Source: a virus
Taxonomy: Duplodnaviria; Caudoviricetes
IMG/VR virus record: IMGVR_UViG_3300013800_000006
Coordinates: 11,926 to 75,925 of that record
Strand: one strand, 5' to 3'
Length of the DNA: 64,000 bases
Below are positions 10,709 through 19,052 of this stretch, piece after piece. The notes under the pieces were generated by a model that had not been told where the DNA came from, made no database searches, and saw only the letters and a list, made by a program, of their open reading frames with translations. A program made the position numbers and the translations under genes. How positions within the stretch are numbered: the stretch's first letter is position 1; the number at the start of each line of letters is the position of its first letter.

Positions 10709-11408
10709 CCCCGTAAGTCTTTAGCCAATCGTAACCACTCTTTACCAACTTCTTTACCCGATGCTTTAGGTTTCGGTTGAGTCTCTTTAAGCAATCGATC
10801 AACCGTTTTCTTATCAGCATGAGTCCCAACCCATACTGTATATAAATTATCGGCTCTAGCCAACTGCTTTCTTTTTGAGCCTTCCCTAACAAACACACCA
10901 ATTTGGTTGAGGGTGTAGTTTTGAACATCCGACCAAGTATGCCCGCATTCGATTAAGAATGCAAGGGTACTCGCTATAGTCGCTGGTTCGTCCCTGCCAG
11001 AGCTACTATTTTCTCCCCCAACCTGTTGAAGTTTTTTACTAAACCCTCTTGACTTGCTAAATTTAAGTCAAGACAAGCAATAAATAAATCAACAGCAACA
11101 TTTAATGGCAACCGTTGTACATCAAATTCATCTAAACCAGACATTTCCGATAAAATACCAGGAGCTTGAGCCATAATAACCGAAACTAAAGTAATAATGG
11201 CAGGCACATTATCTCTTGATAAATCTTTTAAAGTTAAACCTTCCTCAACAAGCAAACTACTAATCCCACTCAATTGTTTCAACACTCTCGCAACCGTTGA
11301 AACAGTTAAAGGCATAAGCCTTAATGTTGTTGTACCAATTTTAAAATTGGTTTCTGGAAACAACGCCAGCCAATCTTCACTATTTAGGGTTACTTTGTTA
11401 CCGGCCAT
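10699..11408 (-). CDS. Tail assembly chaperone G-T fusion made by -1 frameshift
   Basis: The -1 frame from A_AAA_AAC at 11037-11031 is open to the stop at 10699, reads LIECGHTWSDVQNYTLNQIGVFVREG...LRGWR, and includes the track ORF 10699..10896. Confidence 0.8.
10974..11408 (-). CDS. Tail assembly chaperone (G-like)
   Basis: 144 aa, between the major tail protein and the tape measure gene. Confidence 0.8.
   Translation of the reverse strand: MAGNKVTLNSEDWLALFPETNFKIGTTTLRLMPLTVSTVARVLKQLSGISSLLVEEGLTLKDLSRDNVPAIITLVSVIMAQAPGILSEMSGLDEFDVQRLPLNVAVDLFIACLDLNLASQEGLVKNFNRLGEKIVALAGTNQRL
11031..11037 (-). promoter_or_regulatory. -1 ribosomal slippery heptamer A AAA AAC
   Basis: In-frame X_XXY_YYZ heptamer (GTA AAA AAC) near the 3' end of the chaperone gene. 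Confidence 0.8.
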
Positions 11409-11420
11409 ACATCACCTCAT

Positions 11421-11446
11421 TAGAAAGAGGGCCGGTTTCCCGGCCC
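11421..11446 (-). terminator. Rho-independent terminator after the major tail gene
   Basis: GGGCCGG-GAAA-CCGGCCC followed by TCTTTC on the minus strand. Confidence 0.65.
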
Positions 11447-11466
11447 AAACTAATACAATAATACAA

Positions 11467-12447
11467 TCAAGCATCAAACACTTTCAAATCCAGATACGGG
11501 CTATCTGGATGAGCTGTAGCATCGCGAAGAATATCCGCTTGGAACTTCATATTGGCCCAGTCATCGCTAATCAGGCCCGTATCACCATTGGGAGCGACCT
11601 GACATTTCCACGCTTCCAATTCATAGTTTCCACCTTCCGGGTTGTCCGATACAAATCGCAGTTTACCAGACACGCTCAAAGCAGTCAAACCTTTAATACG
11701 TGTGTAAGTAGTTGCTGCACAACCAAAAGTGACAGTCAAGCTGCCCGTAATGGTGGACGCGTCCGTAATATAAAAACGGCCCGTCCGTGCATCTACGATG
11801 TAATCTGTAGTTGCTGTGTAGGTCGTAGATCCTGACTTCGCAATTACCAAACCCGAAACAGCAGTGGGCAAGTTGGTTAAAGGAGCCGATGCCGTACTTG
11901 TCCCACCGGTAATAGTTTCTGCAGCGGTGAAAGTTCCCGATAGAACAGAAACTAACAAGTAACCAGTCCCAACCGCCAAAACTTTAGCAGTTGCGGTACT
12001 CGTGCCACCTGTAATCGTTTCATTAGCTTGGAATGGACCACCGGTTACTGTTCCAATAGTAACACGCTTCGTTTGAATAGATAGTTTACCCAACTCATAA
12101 TACCGACCTACTTCTGGAGAAGCGATTGTCACTGACACTTCATCAGCAGCAGCCTGAGCCACATCTTCAGATGTACCATAGACCAGCATTTTCCAGTTTT
12201 CAGACTCAAATTCTTCCAAAGTGAAACTTAACTGAGGAGCAATTTGCGATACCGCTGACTTATCTTTAGACTTCAAACCAGACATTGAACTAAAATGATC
12301 CAAGCGGGTCACGTTAGCTGTAAGCGAAACTTCAGTCGCATTTCCAAGATGACGCTCACCTTTATAAGAACTAGTTAGTTCATCAAAAGGCGCCCAGTAC
12401 AAGCTACCACGACCCAAGACATAGTTTTCAACATTTGGAGTAGACAT
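11467..12447 (-). CDS. Major tail (tube) protein
   Basis: 326 aa. N-terminal NYVLGRGSLYW...RHLGNATEVSL motif typical of siphovirus tube proteins; position before the chaperones. Confidence 0.8.
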   Translation of the reverse strand: MSTPNVENYVLGRGSLYWAPFDELTSSYKGERHLGNATEVSLTANVTRLDHFSSMSGLKSKDKSAVSQIAPQLSFTLEEFESENWKMLVYGTSEDVAQAAADEVSVTIASPEVGRYYELGKLSIQTKRVTIGTVTGGPFQANETITGGTSTATAKVLAVGTGYLLVSVLSGTFTAAETITGGTSTASAPLTNLPTAVSGLVIAKSGSTTYTATTDYIVDARTGRFYITDASTITGSLTVTFGCAATTYTRIKGLTALSVSGKLRFVSDNPEGGNYELEAWKCQVAPNGDTGLISDDWANMKFQADILRDATAHPDSPYLDLKVFDA

Positions 12448-12459
12448 AAGTGTACCTCA

Positions 12460-12957
12460 TTAACGGTTATAACCAAAAAATCGTTCGGTGTATTGAATTT
12501 CGTATTGCACAGCACAATCAACAGTATTAGGTATAACTTCCACTGTTTCATCAAACTTCATAGAGTATGCAATTAATAAATCTTGTCCCTCTAATCCATC
12601 AACTCCTTTATTTTGCACGAAACGTTCGTCCAACTCAAGTGCTTTCTGTATACGCAGCTTTTTACTTCTACCTTCTGTATACATATTAACACGATCCACT
12701 AACTTTGACACATACTCAATTTGAATAGGTTGAGTAACAAGATAAATACCTTTATTACGAGTTGGAGATGATTGTCGGACGGTCATTAATTCAAAAATAT
12801 GTAAACATGGGAGATTTTGATTCCAAATACCCCAAACACCACCAGATCCTTCATAAATTGGAATGTTTGTAAATTCTGCCCATAAACGACGTTTAAACTC
12901 TTTAATAATTAAATCAATTTTCAATTCAGGATCTAACATTTGCAACCTCACTAACAA
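12460..12957 (-). CDS. Putative tail terminator/completion protein
   Basis: 165 aa, directly upstream of the major tail gene. Confidence 0.5.
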   Translation of the reverse strand: MLVRLQMLDPELKIDLIIKEFKRRLWAEFTNIPIYEGSGGVWGIWNQNLPCLHIFELMTVRQSSPTRNKGIYLVTQPIQIEYVSKLVDRVNMYTEGRSKKLRIQKALELDERFVQNKGVDGLEGQDLLIAYSMKFDETVEVIPNTVDCAVQYEIQYTERFFGYNR

Positions 12958-13726
12958 AAGACTTAACCATTTTTTTAGCCTCTTGTTGTGCTGCTTCTGT
13001 TAATAAAGGAATAGCTTGCTGAGTGATAAAGGTTTCAGTTCCATCACGTAACCAATATGACGGTTTTACTGACACTTGATGAATCAACGCATATAACCCT
13101 ACTTGCTTAAATTTTACAGTCTGACCTGGACCAGAAACTTTGAACTTACCTACAATGAGTTTACCTGAAAAACTTTGTAAGCTTCCGGTTTGAGCATCAT
13201 ACTCACCTGGACTGCCCAACTGATAATCATTAGCAATACCACGTCTATTTAAAGGTATTGTAGTTGTTTTAACACCAGAAGATTGAAGTAATATAAGAAC
13301 TTCCCGTGGTAACTTCCCTTTTATATTCAATGATAAATTACGAAGTGAATATAAAGGTATTGCTAAATATTGATTGCCTGCTTTTGGACTAATAATTCCA
13401 CCTACATCATAAATTCTAGCAAATTTTGAAGCTTCTCCAGCAACTTTAACTTGAAACGCACTAATACCACGACCACCACCACCAGTTGTAACATATAAAC
13501 TATTTCTAATTTTTTTATGGCCTAATGGCCGCATCACTGCACCTTTTTCATTACAACTTAATTTAAGAGTAGTTAAAAATTTTCCCATCAAAGTGGGCTT
13601 ATACTGTTGATTAAGTGCTCTAAACCTAAATGTTGCATCTTGTTCAGTATTAGCTAACATCTTGGATAATTTAACAAGACCATTAACTCCAACTGCACGC
13701 AATTTAAGATCAACAATACGAGCCAT
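12926..13726 (-). CDS. Putative neck/tail completion protein
   Basis: Basic 266 aa protein with ARIYDVGGIISPK...YLAIP motif, in the head-tail joining block. Confidence 0.5.
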   Translation of the reverse strand: MARIVDLKLRAVGVNGLVKLSKMLANTEQDATFRFRALNQQYKPTLMGKFLTTLKLSCNEKGAVMRPLGHKKIRNSLYVTTGGGGRGISAFQVKVAGEASKFARIYDVGGIISPKAGNQYLAIPLYSLRNLSLNIKGKLPREVLILLQSSGVKTTTIPLNRRGIANDYQLGSPGEYDAQTGSLQSFSGKLIVGKFKVSGPGQTVKFKQVGLYALIHQVSVKPSYWLRDGTETFITQQAIPLLTEAAQQEAKKMVKSFVSEVANVRS

Positions 13727-14400
13727 TATACACTCTCAGCCGCACCAAAATATATATACGGAGATAAAATGGTTTGCACTGATTCTAACAAATCTCCAGC
13801 ATCAGGTGAAGAAGCAACAGTCATTTGACCCGATGCTCCACGACTTGTCGATTCATTTCCTTGTAAAGATGATAAACCTAAACCAGGTAAACGGTTATAA
13901 ATCGCGATAGTTTGCATAACCAATGCAGAATGAATAGCAGCGTCATCAGTACTAAAGATATAACCACCTACATAGTCCAATTCAAAATGAATACGTGAGG
14001 CATCACCAATACTCAGATTAGCCACATCGGGATTAATTTTAATGAGTTTATTTCGTACAATCCAAAAATCAGTATTCTCTACTAATGGTGCACTTTCTGT
14101 AATATCTGTCAATGAATCAGAATATGGATTATCAATTAAAACAATAGAATTGACTGTATCAATAGGTGTAGTTTTTACTCTAACACGAGTATCCTGTTCA
14201 TAATAACGCTCTACATAATTATCTTGCACAAGTTCCCTATTCAGATAAGTCACCACCATTCCATACGCAACACGAGAACATGATATAACTCTCGGATCGG
14301 TTGTTACAAGCGAATCAGACCCATAAGCTCGTAATTGCAAAGTAGCACAAGCTTCTTTAACAACCGGAGTTAAATAAAGACTGATCGCTTGCACATCCAT
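13726..14400 (-). CDS. Head-tail connector/adaptor protein
   Basis: 224 aa. YLTPVVKEACATL...VVTYLNR and YVGGY motifs; position after the capsid gene. Confidence 0.6.
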   Translation of the reverse strand: MDVQAISLYLTPVVKEACATLQLRAYGSDSLVTTDPRVISCSRVAYGMVVTYLNRELVQDNYVERYYEQDTRVRVKTTPIDTVNSIVLIDNPYSDSLTDITESAPLVENTDFWIVRNKLIKINPDVANLSIGDASRIHFELDYVGGYIFSTDDAAIHSALVMQTIAIYNRLPGLGLSSLQGNESTSRGASGQMTVASSPDAGDLLESVQTILSPYIYFGAAESV

Positions 14401-14402
14401 AA

Positions 14403-14717
14403 TTAAGCCTTACGAGTAACTTTACGTGACACAAAGGGCTGGTCAGCCACAACTTCAGGGGGCTGGTCAGCAACCAGTGGATCTTCAACACTGGATGTGG
14501 ATGAAAGCTCTACAGAAACTTCTAGTGCTTCCTCTTTTAACCCAGTGAGTGTGCGGACTACATAACCACCACTGGTAGGTACGGCGTCTACTTGTTGCAA
14601 GTCGAGTCCAAACCGCTGCACCCATCTTTGACACTCCGTAATGACGAAACTGCCAGTCACAAGATGCAAGTTATTCTCTGAATCAAACAACTGGCGTCGG
14701 CATCTGTATATAGCCAT
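14403..14717 (-). CDS. Hypothetical head-associated protein
   Basis: 104 aa between the capsid and connector genes, with an RBS. Confidence 0.45.
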   Translation of the reverse strand: MAIYRCRRQLFDSENNLHLVTGSFVITECQRWVQRFGLDLQQVDAVPTSGGYVVRTLTGLKEEALEVSVELSSTSSVEDPLVADQPPEVVADQPFVSRKVTRKA

Positions 14718-14735
14718 AAAACACCTTTACAGTAA

Positions 14736-14763
14736 TTGGATGCGGTTATCCAACCGCATCCAA
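14736..14763. terminator. Hairpin after the capsid gene
   Basis: TTGGATGCGGTT-ATCC-AACCGCATCCAA, 12-bp perfect stem; U-tract weak. Confidence 0.45.
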
Positions 14764-14780
14764 GCCGCAACTACAAAGAA

Positions 14781-15926
14781 TCAACTGGCCGAGGTTTTAA
14801 TCACAACACCAGTTTCAGGTAAAGCATACGCCATACCTTCACGTTGTAACACACGCAAGAAAATTTTATCTTGCGTAAAACCAACATGCTCAGAGCGAGC
14901 AATAGTCATCTGCTGACGGTCGCCAATATAAAAATGCTGCAAATTGCCAAAAAACATGAATGGCTTGCCAGCACCAGAGGCCGTAATAGATGGCATTAAC
15001 TCGCACAAAGTATATGGGAAACCCCAAATCATACCGGGCTGACCATCAGAGGTAGGCTGTGCCCAAATATAATTACCAGTACTGTCTTTCAACTTGCGGA
15101 GCACATTCAGCACTGTACGATGCAGATAAAACTTAGCACCACTCGACAGCGCAGCCGGTAATAAAGATGTTACATCCGCTAAATTATCGGCAGTCACATC
15201 AGAAAATGCAGTCTTAGTAGACGGTAAAGTGAACGCTGTCACATCCGAATTATGCAACACGCCATTGAACGGGTCTCCGGCAGTTACATCGCCAGTAAAC
15301 ACAACCCGATCTTCTTCTTTAGCAATGGCCTGTCCAAACAACATGCTTAATAAATTAGCAATAGGAATGGACGAATCCGCCAACAGCTCACTGGTCATTG
15401 GCACCAACGCCGCCAGCTTCTTGATGGTCATACGGAACTCACCAAAACTCGGCTGAGTTTGGGGAATAGTTTGACCTTCACCAATCCAGTAAGTCTGAAC
15501 GCCGCCCGTCAACTTAGGCATAACCAATTCAGTGGACTGCATCGGGATAATTGTACAATCTTGACGAGCCAGACCATACTTTTCAATAATCGAAATCAGT
15601 GTGTTTCGATATTCAGGTCGAACAAAGTAACCACCTTCGGAATCACGCCCTTCAGTCATATCTTTGACAATGGCATCATCACGAACAAAAATCCCGCGAA
15701 CCATGCTGACGAAATCTTTAGCCAGCTTTTCATTCGTGAAGCCAAAATGACCAGAAAAGTCAGTGGTTGAACCGGCCTGTGCAGCCAGTTCAACACAACG
15801 AGTTTCTAGATCCATAACGCGAGCTTCAAGAGCTTTTACCACAGCATCTTGAGCATTAAACATGCTAAGAGCTTTACCAACAGATGTGGTGAACTCACTC
15901 AATTGTTTTTGCACATCAACGGACAT
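14781..15926 (-). CDS. Major capsid protein, HK97 fold
   Basis: EGGYFVRPEY, GEGQTIPQT, KKLAALVPMTSELLADS and GQPGMIWGFP motifs. Start placed at ATG 15926 (MSVDVQ) behind AAAGGTG. Confidence 0.93.
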   Translation of the reverse strand: MSVDVQKQLSEFTTSVGKALSMFNAQDAVVKALEARVMDLETRCVELAAQAGSTTDFSGHFGFTNEKLAKDFVSMVRGIFVRDDAIVKDMTEGRDSEGGYFVRPEYRNTLISIIEKYGLARQDCTIIPMQSTELVMPKLTGGVQTYWIGEGQTIPQTQPSFGEFRMTIKKLAALVPMTSELLADSSIPIANLLSMLFGQAIAKEEDRVVFTGDVTAGDPFNGVLHNSDVTAFTLPSTKTAFSDVTADNLADVTSLLPAALSSGAKFYLHRTVLNVLRKLKDSTGNYIWAQPTSDGQPGMIWGFPYTLCELMPSITASGAGKPFMFFGNLQHFYIGDRQQMTIARSEHVGFTQDKIFLRVLQREGMAYALPETGVVIKTSAS

Positions 15927-15960
15927 AGTATCACCTTTAATTAGAACTAATGAATTGTTG

Positions 15961-17388
15961 TCAAACTTCAAGATTTGTTTTAAACAAATCTTGAAGTTGT
16001 CCTAAAGTTGCACTCAAATCAAATTCGGGCGTCTTGGAGTCTGGAGTTGGTGGATCAACAGAATCCGAGCTTTTAGCCGGAGATTGCAAAGCCAACACAA
16101 TCGCTGATAATTCTTCCAGCATCCGCACCACAACAGTCATCCTAATCTTAAAGCTGGTATTCAGTTCTTTTAGCTCCAAACTGAAACTATCCATAGCTTC
16201 TTTTACCAATGCTTTAATATCAGACTCAACTGCTGAATCAGACTTTATTTCAGGAGCTGGATCTTGAATAGACTCAACTTCTGGATCTTTACCATCACCA
16301 ATCAAAGCCAATTGATCAGCCGTATAAGCATCATCACCGTCTTTAAACTCCGGTGGTGTCCATCCTAAATCTTTATAGTGCTTGGCTAAGTGATCATAAA
16401 CAGATTTCTTGTCAGCACATGTACTTGCAAGCACATCTTTCATAGCTGAACGAAGCCCAGATTCGGACAGCATTAAAAATGTGTCTTTATAAACATGATG
16501 CTGAAATTTATACGCAGTAAAACTATCTGCATGTTTCAGGTCAATCCAGCCAAACGCACGAGAAAACTCAGCCCAGTTCATCTGCTCACTATCACCACTA
16601 CCATCTGCACTACATGCTATGGCAATAGAGGTAAGAGCATCGATACCTACCAGTTCAGTATCTTTAGCCTCACAAGGCTCATACTCAACGACACTACTTA
16701 AAATCAAGGGGTTGTCCGTTTGTTTCAAAAAGCTATCTAGTTGAGCTGTCAAATCGGCAAGCTGCTTACCCACTTTAGACTCAACCAACTGAGATACAGC
16801 TTTGGATTGGAAACCACTAAAAGTTAAACTCTTACGTACCAACTCATCAGCACTGCGCTGAAGCAAAGCATCAGGATTAGAAGGTACAGGAACTGGACTG
16901 ATTTCTAACAGTTCCCATTGCGGGATAATACCCCACGGTTTAGGATCGTATTGAGTCAAATCAACAGTACGAGTCGTACCATCAGGTAATTCAACTGCAA
17001 TTGATGTAATCCCGTCATCTAAATTCCAAGTCGGTATATAAGCTTTAGGCAAAAAACCAACCGAAAATGCATTCATGAATCCAGTCTGATACATACGTTC
17101 TATAGCAACACTGGGTTCATCATCATAAAACTCAAAATCAAACGTAATCATCTCCTCTGTGACCTGAATGGAAACGACACGCCCAACCGGCACTTGTTTC
17201 ATCTGGTGGATATTAAGCATGACCGGATTCTTCATAAAGGAGTCAATAATAACACCTTTAGGAATCAAAATTTCCCGATCACGATCCATCGTCGCAGTAG
17301 AAGCAACAGCACTGTACAAATTCCGACCACCAACACCTTTTCGATATACCGGTGCTTGCTTAAAAGCAAAAGTTACGTTATGAGACAT
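15961..17388 (-). CDS. Prohead protease (HK97 family) with C-terminal extension
   Basis: ASTATMDRDREIL, NPVMLNIH, AFSVGF and LLEISPVPVPSNPDA motifs; between portal and capsid genes. Confidence 0.88.
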   Translation of the reverse strand: MSHNVTFAFKQAPVYRKGVGGRNLYSAVASTATMDRDREILIPKGVIIDSFMKNPVMLNIHQMKQVPVGRVVSIQVTEEMITFDFEFYDDEPSVAIERMYQTGFMNAFSVGFLPKAYIPTWNLDDGITSIAVELPDGTTRTVDLTQYDPKPWGIIPQWELLEISPVPVPSNPDALLQRSADELVRKSLTFSGFQSKAVSQLVESKVGKQLADLTAQLDSFLKQTDNPLILSSVVEYEPCEAKDTELVGIDALTSIAIACSADGSGDSEQMNWAEFSRAFGWIDLKHADSFTAYKFQHHVYKDTFLMLSESGLRSAMKDVLASTCADKKSVYDHLAKHYKDLGWTPPEFKDGDDAYTADQLALIGDGKDPEVESIQDPAPEIKSDSAVESDIKALVKEAMDSFSLELKELNTSFKIRMTVVVRMLEELSAIVLALQSPAKSSDSVDPPTPDSKTPEFDLSATLGQLQDLFKTNLEV

Positions 17389-17415
17389 GATAACCTCCGA
17401 CTAATTCAATAAAAT

Positions 17416-18972
17416 TTAATTTCTTTCAGGAGTATTGTAAATACCAAGGACCAAAATTTTTGCAATATCGTTAGCTCGATCCGTTAATATTTTGGAATCG
17501 GCATTGCTAAATGGCTGGACCAAAGGCATTAGTTTCTCCATAAACCCATAACCACATTGAGCTAAAGCCAACCCACGAATATAGTCGGCAACAATCAAAT
17601 CCCATAATTCTAAATGGTAACTTGTATCATACAGATCACGTTCTTGTACATATAAAAGTAACTTACTAACAATCAATCTTTCAATCAATTCTTTTTTTGG
17701 TTTGTCTTGATTGCTTTGTTGATTATTAGTTTGATTATTATTTTGATTGGTATTACTAATATCTTGAAGTTGTTGCTGATAAGCCAATTGTTGATTCTGA
17801 CGTTCTATTTTAAGCTTATCAAATGTCTTATCAGGAACTAATACGGGGAAGTCCAAAATACGAGCAATCTGTGTTGGATGATAACCCATATCCAAATATG
17901 TTTTTGCCGGGGTGGCAAGAGCTATAGGATCAGGTTTAAGACCAGCAACTTTAGCTGTATCCCATTTAGCATAAACACCAGGAAAATCAACATCTAAGAT
18001 GTTGATTTGAATCAAATCTAATAATGCGGATAATCGAGGTAAAAGAGTTTGTTCCCAAAAAGTTTGCGTTTGTTCTCGTGCGTTGGCGTAAGAGGCATAT
18101 TCAAACAAACCCACCATCGAAGGTGGCACACCAAATACAGCTAAAATTTCTTCTCTAGTTAGTTTCTTCCCTTGAACAAAATCAATATCTTTAGTCCCAA
18201 CCGTTAATGGTGTAACCGTAACACCTCCTTGTAAAATTAATGCACCATGACCACCATCAATACCACTATAATAGTTAATAACTTCTTTACGGATTTCATC
18301 TTTTTGATCTTGAGTCAGCTTTCCTTTAGCTTGCAGTAACAACGGAGTTTTCATTCCAGTTTTGAAAAAACTAGAGTTCCATCCATTAATTTGAAAATCA
18401 GACTCTAAACTCGCCCGTGCTGGACGTAATGGAGATAATCCATCTAATGAAGCTCCCGATGTTAAATCGGGTTTATATTCTTGGATAAGTAAAACATCTT
18501 GTAAACGATAAGTCTTATTAATAGAAGTTTCCACCCAACCCACAACATCACGCTGGGTAGCTAAATCTTTAAATACGGGAGTCAGCTCGTCCTTTCCACG
18601 TAAATCAATATTAACTGGAAGTTTACCTTTCCTTTCAATAATCCAAAACAACTTACCATCAATACTTAGATGCAAAAAAGTACGATAAAGCAATTCCCGC
18701 AACGAAGGTATTAACGGGTATTTAGGAGGATTAAACAGTTTAAGAACTGGATGATTTTTATCCGTAATAAGTTGTTTGGGTTCAAATGTAGGTAATTCGT
18801 TTGGTTTCCCTTCAAAAAACAATAATGGCGCGCTGGATGCGGTTAAAGCAATTCGATTAATTGCCGCATAGACCCAATTATTACCACTATAAGCACCTAA
18901 AGATGCAACATATCCACTTAATGTGTTAGACCCGCCCGATGCAAGCCAATCCGTAAATGAAAAAACCTTCAT
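17416..18972 (-). CDS. Portal protein (HK97 family)
   Basis: WVYAAINRIA, GLSPL, ALILQGG, REEILAVFGVPPSMVG and YANAREQ motifs. Confidence 0.92.
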   Translation of the reverse strand: MKVFSFTDWLASGGSNTLSGYVASLGAYSGNNWVYAAINRIALTASSAPLLFFEGKPNELPTFEPKQLITDKNHPVLKLFNPPKYPLIPSLRELLYRTFLHLSIDGKLFWIIERKGKLPVNIDLRGKDELTPVFKDLATQRDVVGWVETSINKTYRLQDVLLIQEYKPDLTSGASLDGLSPLRPARASLESDFQINGWNSSFFKTGMKTPLLLQAKGKLTQDQKDEIRKEVINYYSGIDGGHGALILQGGVTVTPLTVGTKDIDFVQGKKLTREEILAVFGVPPSMVGLFEYASYANAREQTQTFWEQTLLPRLSALLDLIQINILDVDFPGVYAKWDTAKVAGLKPDPIALATPAKTYLDMGYHPTQIARILDFPVLVPDKTFDKLKIERQNQQLAYQQQLQDISNTNQNNNQTNNQQSNQDKPKKELIERLIVSKLLLYVQERDLYDTSYHLELWDLIVADYIRGLALAQCGYGFMEKLMPLVQPFSNADSKILTDRANDIAKILVLGIYNTPERN

Positions 18973-19052
18973 TAGTTATGTACCTTTTTCATACTAGGCT
19001 CAGTTTAACAGGATCAACATGATAGCGCAATACTCCACCATAATAAAACATG

